NCBI GenBank assembly: GCA_043778225.1
Contig: JAYWGM010000044.1
Coordinates: forward strand, 29,044-93,043
Reading direction: 5' to 3'
Source of the DNA: Deinococcales bacterium
GTDB lineage: Bacteria; Deinococcota; Deinococci; Deinococcales; JAAFIG01
DNA length: 64,000 bases
The notes beneath the pieces are model-generated. The model had not been told where the DNA came from, did no database searches, and saw nothing but the letters and a program-made list of their open reading frames with translations. Made by a program: the position numbers and the translations under genes. Below are positions 1-9,469 of the stretch, piece by piece; position 1 is the first letter of the stretch; every line of letters starts with the position of its first letter.

Positions 1-1110
1 GGGCTTGTCCAGAACTTGAATCATTTGCAAGCACATCAACATAGTAAAAGTTAGATGCTCCCTCCCAATTTGTGCCAGTACGAACACTATAAGTGTTGAC
101 ATACAAAGGGACTAAGATATTGTTGACCCCAATTTCGTGGCTATCAAGAGTCTCGATTAAAAAGTAAATATCTGGTCCGGTATAATCCCACCAAGCTCCC
201 CAATCACAACTAGGTTTGCGAAATGAAAAACTGCCACTTGCGTCGGTATAACCAGCCGTTATTGGTGTCGAACCCATCCATCCATTATCGTCCCAAACAG
301 AAACTTTGGTAAAAGGCAAAGGCAAGGTTTTGCCGTTGTAAGAAACAGTCGCCACCATTGTTGCCCAATCACCTAAGCCACACCAACCTTGTGGTCTTGC
401 ATTGGCTTTGGCTCGAGCCGCAGTGCTTGGTGGTTGCAGTTCTTCTGGTCTGGGTTTTCCACTGCCCGTATCCGGCAAATAGCTAATGGCAGTGTTAAAA
501 GGTTCGGTTTTAGTGCCATCTGGTTTTGTAAATTGCAAATTCTCGAGTCTCGAGTCCAAACGCACACCATCTAAATCTTTAACATCATCTATGGTTTGGG
601 CAGCACTGAGGGCTGCATATTCTTCTGGGGTGCTTATTTTTGGTAAGTTCTCGAGGTGCTTTTCTAGGGTCTCGAGTCCAGATTCGGCTTGTGGATATGC
701 ACCTGCACTGGCAGCAGCAGTGTTATTGCTTGCCACATTAAAACCAAGCATATCGGCGGCTGGTTCTTGCCACTGGCTGCCTGTGGCATTAGCGGTGATG
801 TTGTAGTAGCCACTGCGTTTTGGTGTACCGCGCAACTCGAGGCTTTTGGTTTGTCCTGCTCCAATGGTGACTTGAATTGGTTCTTGACTGATACCAAGGT
901 TTTTTGGGGCGGCAATCGCCACATTAACATTGCTGTCTTTTGGGCTGTAAATCTCGAGCGTAACGCTAAATTCTTGACCTTTACGAAAAGCAGTTTGAGC
1001 AGTGGTGATTTGTAAGGTTGGTTCTGTAGAAATTTCGAGCGGTGCTTGGTTACAACTCGAGAGAAAAAGCATACACGCGCCGACTAGACTAGGAATGACG
1101 GAACTCCCAT
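1..1110 (-). pseudogene. Large lipoprotein (>360 aa, runs off the window start) with an apparently frameshifted signal peptide
   Basis: Hand translation gives an unbroken minus-strand frame from about 1108 to the window edge (...LVGACMLFLSSCNQAPLEIS...VSVWDDNGWMGSTPITAGYTDASGSFSF...PDIYF...) with lipobox LSSC. The GGAGG-preceded ATG at 1110 is out of frame and stops after 8 codons. Not in the supplied ORF track. Confidence 0.6.
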
Positions 1111-1260
1111 AGTATCCTCCAGCAAAACCCGAACTGTTCGCTGCGAATTAAAATTTTCGCATATCAAGACTGTAGCACAATCAATGCAAAATCAGGTCAA
1201 AACAGCCTTTTTATTCTGCTGGTCAGGGAAATCATGGCTTATAAGGCGGCTAGGGGTGAC

Positions 1261-2073
1261 TCAAACTCGCTTGCCCAACATCCGTGGATACGCCACAGCC
1301 ACAGTCAAAACAATCACCAAATACCGCAAATATGCACCCAAGCCCGAGCGCTTAATTTCGTCGGGCAACAAAATACTCGAGACAAAATAGAGTACAAATG
1401 CCAGCAGCACCCCAGCAAGCACAAATAAACCTTGTTGCCATCCGACTCGAGGTACGCTAAAGTCGCGGCTACCCAAAAAACCCACCATCACTGCTATGCC
1501 TCTCGAGTAGCTTTCGGGCAAAAAAATACACGCCACTCCAGCCACAATAACTAAAGTCAGGCTGATTTGCCAAGTGAGTTCTGGAATATAAAAACGACTG
1601 GCAATCCAAGCCAGTAATCCACCAATCGCTAACCCAAGCAGCACATCCTCGAGAAAATGCACCCCAAGCGATAAGCGCGAAAAGCCAATCAAAAGAATCA
1701 AAATCGGGGTCAGAATTCGCAGCCATACATACGGCTGTGTGATGCCCAAATAGCCCCAAACAAAAGCTGCATTTTGGCTGTGACCACTGGGTAAACCGGG
1801 GCTACCGATGGTTTCTTGAGCCGCCGCACTGGTCAGGCTTGGCTCGAGGTCGTAAGGGCGTGGCAGCCCAAAGGTAAGTTTCAGTAGGGTGTTGACCGCC
1901 GCACTGAGTCCAAAATAAATACCAATTTGTCGCCCAATTTTTGGAAAGCGTAAAAATAAAGCACTGAGAATCACAATATAGGCAATTTCTGAGCCAAGCT
2001 CGGTAATCGGTAGCCAAAGCCAGTCGAGTCTACCTTCAAAGCGTAAATACCTAATCAACTCGAGGTTTTCCAT
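1261..2073 (-). CDS. PAP2-family membrane phosphatase
   Basis: PAP2 motifs KLTFGLPRP, PSGH and SRLSLGVHF; multiple TM segments. Start moved to ATG 2073, 7 nt after -10 TAGATT. Confidence 0.9.
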   Translation of the reverse strand: MENLELIRYLRFEGRLDWLWLPITELGSEIAYIVILSALFLRFPKIGRQIGIYFGLSAAVNTLLKLTFGLPRPYDLEPSLTSAAAQETIGSPGLPSGHSQNAAFVWGYLGITQPYVWLRILTPILILLIGFSRLSLGVHFLEDVLLGLAIGGLLAWIASRFYIPELTWQISLTLVIVAGVACIFLPESYSRGIAVMVGFLGSRDFSVPRVGWQQGLFVLAGVLLAFVLYFVSSILLPDEIKRSGLGAYLRYLVIVLTVAVAYPRMLGKRV

Positions 2074-2124
2074 GGTTGCCAATCTACCTAAATTTCTTGT
2101 TGTGATGCGGTAATGTATTTCTAC

Positions 2125-2158
2125 TTGACAAATTGTTGTATATATGCAACAATTTGTC
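2125..2158 (+). promoter_or_regulatory. Sigma-70-type promoter overlapped by a 32-bp palindromic operator
   Basis: TTGACA (2125-2130), 17 bp, AACAAT (2148-2153), 7 nt, ATG 2161. Inverted repeat GACAAATTGTTG-N8-CAACAATTTGTC at 2127-2158. Confidence 0.8.
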
Positions 2159-2160
2159 CA

Positions 2161-2433
2161 ATGAAGGCGACAAAAGATAAGGACTCCAGCCCAGCCATTT
2201 ATAACCGCCTAACGGTGCTGAGGGCTGAACGCAACTTGTCGCGCCAAGACCTTGCCGAGGCGGTTGGCATTAATTTTCAGACCATTGGCTACCTCGAGCG
2301 TGGCGATTACAACCCAAGTCTAGAATTGGCGTTTAAGCTCTCCGAATTTTTTAATTTGCCGATCGAAGCGATTTTCTCGAGAACCCCATTTAAGCCCTTG
2401 TCAGAATCGGTGTACAAAAAGGAACACTCATGA
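2161..2433 (+). CDS. Xre/Cro-family HTH transcriptional regulator
   Basis: NRLTVLRAERNLSRQDLAEAVGINFQTIGYLERGDYNPSLELAFKL is a typical Xre HTH; leaderless start 2161. Confidence 0.92.
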   Translation: MKATKDKDSSPAIYNRLTVLRAERNLSRQDLAEAVGINFQTIGYLERGDYNPSLELAFKLSEFFNLPIEAIFSRTPFKPLSESVYKKEHS

Positions 2434-2894
2434 CCATGAAACCTGAACCGCTCAATTTTAAGTTGGCTCGAGTCACCCCAAAATGGGCGTTTAAGCAACA
2501 ATCAAGGCGCTTCTTGGTGATTGCATTTTTTGCTGTGCCATTTGTGGCTGGCACATTGGCTGGCTACCTAAATTCGCTTTGGAGTTTATTACTAGCACCA
2601 TTTGCGCTTGTACCGATTTTGTGTTTTCTGTGGTTGGTTGGCGCAACTGGCGCTCGAGCCGACAGCCCCGACGAATACCTAGACGAGCGTGAGATTGCCA
2701 TTCGCAACGAAGTTTATTTGAATGCTTTTCGGATTCTTGGGGCAATTATCGTGCTTGGATTTGCGGTCTTTACCTTTTTGCCAGACCTCTCGGTCAGCCC
2801 AAAAACAATTTTTGCGGTGCTTTTTCCAATTGCCTTACTGCTTCCAACTTTTACCTTAGCTTGGACTCAACCCGACCCTCTCGAGGAGGCATGA
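2430..2894 (+). CDS. Membrane protein with a DERE motif (DUF2178-like)
   Basis: About four hydrophobic segments and LDEREIAIRN; ATGA overlap with the Xre gene. Confidence 0.7.
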   Translation: MTMKPEPLNFKLARVTPKWAFKQQSRRFLVIAFFAVPFVAGTLAGYLNSLWSLLLAPFALVPILCFLWLVGATGARADSPDEYLDEREIAIRNEVYLNAFRILGAIIVLGFAVFTFLPDLSVSPKTIFAVLFPIALLLPTFTLAWTQPDPLEEA

Positions 2895-3379
2895 GTATGA
2901 CCCCACCAATTAAAAACCCATTTCCAATGCCTATTCGTGCCTTGCGAATTCAGAAAAACCGTCGGGTTCTCACGGTTCTGAGTCATTCCTTTCTGTTCTC
3001 AGCTATCATTTTTGCGCTTCTGGGACAAAATATTTGGGCATTTATTTGGCTTTTGTACAGCATGGTCTTTAGTGTGGTTCTACATTTTGCCACTCGTAAC
3101 ATTGCCAATGCCATGAACATCATCACCGATGAACGCGAACGCAGTTTGCGCGATCATGCCCACCGAATAGCTTACTGGGTGATGTCTGGAATTCTAGGCG
3201 GCATTGTTGGACTGGTCGCAGGAATTGGGGTCACTCGAGAAGCCAATACGGTACTGCTCAAGTTTGGTGACTTTACACGCCTAGATGTCCTGGTGTACTT
3301 ACTGGCTTTCTGGACATTCTTTTTGGGATTGCCCACCGCTATTATTGCTTGGCTCGAGCCAGACTCAGTAGATGATTAG
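2891..3379 (+). CDS. Membrane protein with a DERE motif (DUF2178-like), probable paralogue of the upstream gene
   Basis: TDERERSLRDHAHRIAY; C-terminus AWLEPD resembles upstream AWTQPD; GGAGG RBS and ATGA overlap at 2891. Confidence 0.7.
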   Translation: MSMTPPIKNPFPMPIRALRIQKNRRVLTVLSHSFLFSAIIFALLGQNIWAFIWLLYSMVFSVVLHFATRNIANAMNIITDERERSLRDHAHRIAYWVMSGILGGIVGLVAGIGVTREANTVLLKFGDFTRLDVLVYLLAFWTFFLGLPTAIIAWLEPDSVDD

Positions 3380-3435
3380 GAACTGACTACGGCTTTGTAT
3401 TTGAACCACTCGAGATTCGTTTATTAAGGAGTTGT

Positions 3436-4860
3436 ATGAAAAAATTATTTGGCGCTATGGTCGTTGGGGCTGGTTTATTCATCAGTATGTCCAGTGTTTC
3501 AGGGCAAGTCAACTCGGCGTTTGAAAAAGTAAATTGTCCGACTGGTATTAACGCAACAACTTGTGGCTTTGTCAGTGTGCCAGAGAATCGGGCTAAACCC
3601 GAAAAGAAAATTAAGCTTTTTGTGACAATCTCAAAAGCAAAAACCGAAAAGCAAGAACCCTTGTTTTTTCTGTCAGGCGGACCCGGAGAACATGGCGCTC
3701 AGTACGCTGTACTTGCTCAGTTATTTACCACTCGAGATTTTATTGCTTTTGATCAACGTGGTGTTGGACGGTCTCTCCCTGCTTTGAATTGCGATACCAC
3801 TGCGGCTGGCTCAGAAACTTTAGCAGCAAGTGCTGATGCAACCCTAAAAATCCTGACAATTTGTGGTGAGAACTGGAAAACCCAAGGTATTGATTTAACT
3901 GCTTATCATGCGACTGAAAGTGCTGCCGATGTCAATGATATTCGATTGGCTTTGGGGTACGAAAAAATCAGTTTATTTGGCGTTTCTTATGGGACTCGTT
4001 TAGCTCAAGAAGTGATGCGAACCTTTGGTTCAACCTTAAAAAGCGTTCTCATAGACAGTGTTATCCCACCACAAATTGATCGCAGTGCAGACACCATTTA
4101 CAGCATTGATGAATCGTTAAAAAAAGTCTTTGCAACTTGTAAAGCCGATGGTTTTTGCAGTGGCAAATACCCGAATCTCGAGACGGAATACCAAAACCTG
4201 TACCTCGCCTTAAATGCCAAACCCTTAGAAGTCACTTTAGCCAAGGAAACGTTTTTTATGGATGGTGACACAATGCAGAACTTAATTTTTACCTCACTGT
4301 ACAGCCCTGATGGGATTGCTGAATTACCTCAGCTTTTATTTAACTTAAAAGCTGGTCAGGGCAACGCCTTACAAGGAAAATTTGTCGAACAGTTTTTCAA
4401 TTCAGTCAGTGCAGGAATCTCTTTTGGTGCGTTTTTTACCCACGAATGCCGTGGTGAATTTGCCTTCTCGAGCCTCGCTCAACTTCGTCTTACTTATGCC
4501 GCCCTACCGCAATGGGCAAATACGTTCAAAACAAATGTTGGTATGTCGAGTGAACGCGGTTTTAGTCTGTGTCAGAACCTTGGTTTGACCACGCCGAGCG
4601 GACTCGAGAATATGGCTGTTACCAGCAATGTTCGCACCCTACTGATGGCTGGCGAATTTGACCCCGTAACACCTGTTCGTTACCTTCCCATCGCCAGTGC
4701 TGGCTTAAAAAATAGTGTCAGTGTGGCAATAAAAGGTGGAGCGCACGCTGTTTCACTGGCTACCCAGTGTGGTCTGTCAATCATGTTGAAATTTTTTGCA
4801 AACCTAGAGATAGCGCTAGATGTCATGTGTGCCAATCAGGGTAAAATTCGTTTTCTATAA
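3436..4860 (+). CDS. Secreted alpha/beta hydrolase (TAP-like tripeptidyl peptidase family)
   Basis: Signal peptide, GGPG oxyanion motif, DQRGVGRS, GVSYG nucleophile elbow, DPVTP and C-terminal His; AAGGAG RBS. Confidence 0.88.
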   Translation: MKKLFGAMVVGAGLFISMSSVSGQVNSAFEKVNCPTGINATTCGFVSVPENRAKPEKKIKLFVTISKAKTEKQEPLFFLSGGPGEHGAQYAVLAQLFTTRDFIAFDQRGVGRSLPALNCDTTAAGSETLAASADATLKILTICGENWKTQGIDLTAYHATESAADVNDIRLALGYEKISLFGVSYGTRLAQEVMRTFGSTLKSVLIDSVIPPQIDRSADTIYSIDESLKKVFATCKADGFCSGKYPNLETEYQNLYLALNAKPLEVTLAKETFFMDGDTMQNLIFTSLYSPDGIAELPQLLFNLKAGQGNALQGKFVEQFFNSVSAGISFGAFFTHECRGEFAFSSLAQLRLTYAALPQWANTFKTNVGMSSERGFSLCQNLGLTTPSGLENMAVTSNVRTLLMAGEFDPVTPVRYLPIASAGLKNSVSVAIKGGAHAVSLATQCGLSIMLKFFANLEIALDVMCANQGKIRFL

Positions 4861-4862
4861 GT

Positions 4863-5098
4863 TTTGTCAGGCTTTTGCGCCAAGGCAAATTGTTTCGGGT
4901 TCAACTTTTGCCCAGTCAACTCGAACCAGAATTACCCAGCCTTTGAGCCTCAATACTCGAGTGGATGCCAACGGCAAAGGCTAGGCAACCGTTACGCCCG
5001 ACGAAACAATCCCCGATGACCTAGCGAGTATCAATACCACTGGAAAGGATACAATCTTTGACCGAGCGGTGGTGCTTCTAAAAGGATACCTGCCCTGA
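4863..5098 (+). pseudogene. Decayed remnant resembling an S41 (tail-specific) peptidase
   Basis: Two out-of-frame fragments: FVRLLRQGKLFRVQLLPSQLEPELPSL* (like the end of a PDZ domain) and NTRVDANGKG*ATVTPDETIPDDLASINTTGKDTIFDRAVVLLKGYLP* (like an S41 C-terminus). Pattern recognition only. Confidence 0.4.
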
Positions 5099-5123
5099 CA
5101 AAAGCACGGTAATGTAGACTCCT

Positions 5124-5528
5124 ATGTCTATTGAACGTACATTTGCGATGGTTAAACCCGATGGCGTGCGCCGTGGTCTTGTTGGAGAAATCATCTCGCG
5201 GCTCGAGAAAAAGGGCTTTAAGATTGTTCAGCTTAAAATGCTGACCCCAACAAGGGGCATGGTCGAAGAACACTATGCCGAACATAATGGCAAGGGCTTT
5301 TTTGCTGGCTTGGTGGATTTTTTAAGTGGTGGCGCAGTGGTGGCACTCGAACTCGAGGGTGAAAATGTGATTGCCGAATGGCGGCGCATGATGGGCGCAA
5401 CCCGTCCGTGGGAAAGCGCCCCCGGCACGATTCGTTTTGAATTTGCAACCACAGTAGACGAAAATGTCGCCCATGGCTCGGACAGTTTAGAGAGCGCCAC
5501 TCGAGAACTGGCAATCTGGTTTAAGTAA
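5124..5528 (+). CDS. ndk: Nucleoside diphosphate kinase
   Basis: ERTFAMVKPDGVRRGLVGEII, PGTIR and NVAHGSDS active-site His. Confidence 0.98.
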   Translation: MSIERTFAMVKPDGVRRGLVGEIISRLEKKGFKIVQLKMLTPTRGMVEEHYAEHNGKGFFAGLVDFLSGGAVVALELEGENVIAEWRRMMGATRPWESAPGTIRFEFATTVDENVAHGSDSLESATRELAIWFK

Positions 5529-5541
5529 GGGGAAAAAGGGA

Positions 5542-5576
5542 AAAAGGTCAAAGGGTTAAACCACTTTTGACCTTTT
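5542..5576. terminator. Probable bidirectional terminator between convergent ndk and E2
   Basis: Inverted repeat AAAAGGTCAAA...TTTGACCTTTT between two converging stop codons. Confidence 0.55.
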
Positions 5577-5586
5577 GACCTGGTTT

Positions 5587-7017
5587 TTAGATCGCTTCTA
5601 AGAGCAGTAAATCTGGGTTCTCGAGCAAACGGGTGAGGTGTTTAACAAACCTTGCGGCTTCTGCGCCATCGATTAAACGGTGGTCAAACGAGAGGCTGAG
5701 GTACATCATTTTGCCAATCACAATCTGACCGTCTTTAACAATTGGGCGGTCTACGATGGTGTGAACCCCAAGAATTGCGGCATCTGGGGCATTGATAATC
5801 GGAAAAGACAACAAGCTACCAGCACTACCGATGTTGGTCACGGCAAAACTCGAGCCACTGATGTCATCGGGTGATAATTTGCCTTCACGGGCTTTACCAG
5901 CCAATTCGGTGATGCTTTTAGCAATCTCGAGGATGCTTTTGCTGTCCACATTTTTAACGACTGGCACAATCAGACCAGCTTCGGTATCCACGGCGCAACC
6001 TAAGTTAAAGTATTGCTTATGTACCACTTCGCCCGTAGCTTCATCGTAGCTGCTGTTGACATTTGGGAAGACTTTCAGGGCGCTGGCAACCGCCTTAAAA
6101 ATAAAAGGCAAGTAGGTAATTTTTACACCAGCTTTTTCGGCAGTTGGTTTCAAGCGTTCGCGCAACTCGACCAAAGCGGTTAAATTAGCTTCGTCTACGG
6201 TTAAGGTACGAACCGTGTACAAGTGACTGGCAATCATGGCGTTGCTAATCACACGGCGCATTCCACGCAAGGGCGTGCGGGTCTCGAGATGCTCCAAACC
6301 CTTTGGGGTGCGGTACTGTGGTGGTGGCACAGTCATACCTCCACCACTGGCAATGACTGGCGGCGCGACCACAACTGGGGCTGTCGGCACAAGGGTTGTT
6401 CCAGCGTAAGTGCTGGCACTTAGGGTCTCGACATAATCTTTAACATCCTCGACTCCAACTCGCCCATTTGGACCTGTACCGGGGACTTCCATAATTTCCA
6501 CGCCCGCTTCTCGAGCCAACTTACGAGCGGCTGGCACAGCCAAGGGGCGACCAAATTTGTTCATGCCTGTGGTTTTGACACTACTCGAGGCTACCGACTT
6601 GGCAGTATTGGCAAAGTCCAGAGCCACGGCTTTGGTTGGCATTCCATAACTGCTGTTGGTGGCACTTTCGGTGGCGCTTTGTGAATCGTCGCCGAGGCTG
6701 ACGCTTTTAACGGGAGCGCTGGCGGGGACATCGGTCGAATCAGCCACGCTGGTTTGGGCGGGGCTAACAGCAGCGCTCGAGCCATCGTTAATAATCGCAA
6801 TGACTTTTTTGACCTCAACCACGCTGCCTTCTTTTGCCACGATTTTCTCGAGAATCCCCGAGTATGGGGCTGGAATTTCGGTGGTCACTTTATCGGTCAT
6901 GACCTCGGCGATCATCTGCCCTTCGGTAATCGTATCGCCTTCTTTAACCAACCATTTGAGGATTTCGGCTTCAACAATCGATTCTGCCATCACGGGCATT
7001 GTCATTTCTTTTGACAT
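5587..7017 (-). CDS. 2-oxo-acid dehydrogenase E2 (dihydrolipoamide acyltransferase)
   Basis: Lipoyl domain (TDKVTTEIPAP), peripheral-subunit-binding domain (GTGPNGRV), catalytic DHRLIDGA; start ATG 7017 after AAGGAG. Confidence 0.96.
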   Translation of the reverse strand: MSKEMTMPVMAESIVEAEILKWLVKEGDTITEGQMIAEVMTDKVTTEIPAPYSGILEKIVAKEGSVVEVKKVIAIINDGSSAAVSPAQTSVADSTDVPASAPVKSVSLGDDSQSATESATNSSYGMPTKAVALDFANTAKSVASSSVKTTGMNKFGRPLAVPAARKLAREAGVEIMEVPGTGPNGRVGVEDVKDYVETLSASTYAGTTLVPTAPVVVAPPVIASGGGMTVPPPQYRTPKGLEHLETRTPLRGMRRVISNAMIASHLYTVRTLTVDEANLTALVELRERLKPTAEKAGVKITYLPFIFKAVASALKVFPNVNSSYDEATGEVVHKQYFNLGCAVDTEAGLIVPVVKNVDSKSILEIAKSITELAGKAREGKLSPDDISGSSFAVTNIGSAGSLLSFPIINAPDAAILGVHTIVDRPIVKDGQIVIGKMMYLSLSFDHRLIDGAEAARFVKHLTRLLENPDLLLLEAI

Positions 7018-7050
7018 GGGATTCTCCTTGGGTTGGGAACACAACCACAA

Positions 7051-7075
7051 GGGCGACCACAAGGGTCGCCCCTAC
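7051..7075 (-). repeat. GTAG-type REP hairpin
   Basis: Minus strand GTAG-GGGCGACC-CTTGT-GGTCGCCC just after the E1-beta stop. Confidence 0.8.
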
Positions 7076-7078
7076 GGC

Positions 7079-8077
7079 TTAGGCGCTTAAAACCTTTTTG
7101 ATCGCAGCCGCAATATGGTGAGCTTCGGGTCTCGAGAGATGATTGAGGCTGTTAAATGGGCTTGGCATGGTGTCAAAACTGGTCACCCGTTCGATTGGCG
7201 CTTCGAGTTCGTAAAAGGCTTTTTCCATAATTTGGGTGGCAATTTCTGCGCCAATCCCCGCCGTTTTGGTGGCTTCGTGAACAATAATCACCCGACCCGT
7301 TTTTGAGACACTCTCGAGAATTGTGGCAATGTCGAGCGGCACAATCGTGCGAAGGTCTATGATTTCGCATTGAATCCCCGCTTGGGCAGCGGCTTCGGCA
7401 GCTGTTTCGATATTCTGGATCATGCCACCGTAACCGATGATTGTTACATCTTTGCCTTCTCGAGCAATTCGGGCTTGACCGAGTGGAATGTTGTAATAAC
7501 CCGTTGGGACATCCATGCGAATTTTTGGGTCGCGGTAACGGACAATTGTCTCAAAGAAAAATACTGGGTCGTCATCCTCAATGGCGCTGATTAAAAGCCC
7601 TTTGGCATCGTATGGGTTGCTGGGGTAAGCAATTTTAATACCGGGCGCATGAGCCAAATAGGCTTCGGGCGAATCAGCGTGTTGCTCGAGTAAACCCGTA
7701 CCACCACCAACAGGAAAACGCACTACCATTGGCACACTGTAACGCCCTCGGCTGCGGTAACGGTAACGCGAGACATGGCTAAAAATTTGGTCAAAGGCGG
7801 GCATCATAAAGCCACCAAACTGCAACTCGACCACAGGGCGCATTCCGACTGCACCAGCCCCAATGGCTGTGCCAATAATCCCCGATTCTGTCAGTGGGCT
7901 GTCAAAAACGCGGTCTTCGCCGTGCTTTTTTTGTAAGCCAGTCGTGATGCGGTAGACACCGCCCAGATTGCCGACATCCTCGCCATAAATAATCACTTTG
8001 GGGTCACGCTCAAGCATCACATCCATGGCATCGGTGATGGCAGCCGCCATCGTCATTTGTTTTAGGTCTTGGCTCAT
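7079..8077 (-). CDS. 2-oxo-acid dehydrogenase E1 beta subunit
   Basis: GEDVGNLGGVYR, RVFDSPLTESGIIG, IDLRTIVPLD. Confidence 0.96.
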   Translation of the reverse strand: MSQDLKQMTMAAAITDAMDVMLERDPKVIIYGEDVGNLGGVYRITTGLQKKHGEDRVFDSPLTESGIIGTAIGAGAVGMRPVVELQFGGFMMPAFDQIFSHVSRYRYRSRGRYSVPMVVRFPVGGGTGLLEQHADSPEAYLAHAPGIKIAYPSNPYDAKGLLISAIEDDDPVFFFETIVRYRDPKIRMDVPTGYYNIPLGQARIAREGKDVTIIGYGGMIQNIETAAEAAAQAGIQCEIIDLRTIVPLDIATILESVSKTGRVIIVHEATKTAGIGAEIATQIMEKAFYELEAPIERVTSFDTMPSPFNSLNHLSRPEAHHIAAAIKKVLSA

Positions 8078-9222
8078 GCGTTCACCTCGAGAATGCGGCT
8101 GGCAAGAATGGCTTGTTGCTCAAGAATCTGTTGTGGTGGATTCACAAAAACATATTCGAGCAAGGCTTTGGGGTCTGGAGCAGCGTAGGCATCGGCGGCA
8201 TCCAAAGCGATTTGGAATTCGCTTTCGATTTCGGCTTTCATGGCAACTTCGCGGTCTTCGTTCCAACGTTTTTCGGCGGTTAAAAACTGGCGGACTCGAG
8301 CAATCGGGTCGCGGTTTTCTGCCCAGAATTTTGGTTCGGCAGTCTCATCGCGGTAGGCTTTCGGGTCGTCGCCCGTGGTGTGGGGACGAATGCGGTAGGT
8401 CATCTGTTCGATTAAGCTCGGTCCTTTGCCGTCTCGAGCATCCTGCACCGCTTTTTTAGCCACGGCATTGACCGCCAGAATATCGTTACCATCCACCAAG
8501 TAACCGGGGATTCCATAGCCTTCGGAGCGACGCATCAGGTAATCCACGCCCGACTGAACTTTGCGTGGCACGCTAATTGCCCAGCCGTTGTTCTCGATAA
8601 TAAAAACGGCTGGCGCGTTGCGAGCCGCCGCGAAATTGACCCCGATGTGAAAATCACCTTGGGATGTGCCGCCCTCGCCAATGTAGGTCATGGCGACCCC
8701 ACCTGTTTTTTGCATCTGTAAGCCCATCGCCACACCAGCTGCATGGACAATTTGCCCGGGGATGCTGATAATAATTGGCAGAATGTTCAAGTCGTCTGGG
8801 ATGCGCCAGCCTTCTGGATGTCCACGCCAATACATGATTGCATTTTGCAGACTCCAGCCATGCGTAATCATCGCGGCGGTGTTGCGGTACATTGGTGCAA
8901 GAAAATCAAGTTTTGGGTCAAGTGCCATCGCGCTGCCAATCTGACTGGCTTCTTGTCCGCCAAATTGAGCATAATTTCCAAGTTTCTGGCTTTTGTACAA
9001 AAGCATAAACTTATCGTCCAGATGCCGTAAGCGCGACATCTGACGGTACATCTCCTCGACGGTATCGAGGTCTGGAATCAAATCCTCACGCACGGGTCTG
9101 CCATCGGGTGCAAGAATCTGAAAAGGCGCGAGTTCTGAAGTGACTGGCATACTGCCCACGAACATGGCTTCGTTCGACTCAGGTGCAGTTGCTTTCTTGG
9201 TGGTACGGCGAGAAGTTGCCAT
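8074..9222 (-). CDS. 2-oxo-acid dehydrogenase E1 alpha subunit (pyruvate or branched-chain type not resolved)
   Basis: TPP motif GEGGTSQGDF...ENNGWAIS; TYRIRPHTTGDDP. Confidence 0.95.
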   Translation of the reverse strand: MATSRRTTKKATAPESNEAMFVGSMPVTSELAPFQILAPDGRPVREDLIPDLDTVEEMYRQMSRLRHLDDKFMLLYKSQKLGNYAQFGGQEASQIGSAMALDPKLDFLAPMYRNTAAMITHGWSLQNAIMYWRGHPEGWRIPDDLNILPIIISIPGQIVHAAGVAMGLQMQKTGGVAMTYIGEGGTSQGDFHIGVNFAAARNAPAVFIIENNGWAISVPRKVQSGVDYLMRRSEGYGIPGYLVDGNDILAVNAVAKKAVQDARDGKGPSLIEQMTYRIRPHTTGDDPKAYRDETAEPKFWAENRDPIARVRQFLTAEKRWNEDREVAMKAEIESEFQIALDAADAYAAPDPKALLEYVFVNPPQQILEQQAILASRILEVNA

Positions 9223-9469
9223 AAGAACTGCATATTAGTACGTTTGGCACTATTTGTGTTTTGCCAAAATCCAGCCCATAGACCAAAGCTCGAGAAACCA
9301 TTGGTTGTGTTCAGAACGTACTGATACCCAAGTCTCGAGTATGAATTAAAAATTGTACTGAGTACAAATTCGTTATTTCGTGCTGTTAATCAAGGCTCAA
9401 AAAAAACCAATCGGTCTTAAAAGAGCAAGGGTAAAGGGTAAAAGGGTAAAAGGTATTTCGGTTTCACTT

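Noticed and set aside
7018..7062. N-terminal extension of E2 (MWSPLWLC...)
   Set aside because: It runs through a REP hairpin; AAGGAG with ATG at 7017 is the better start.
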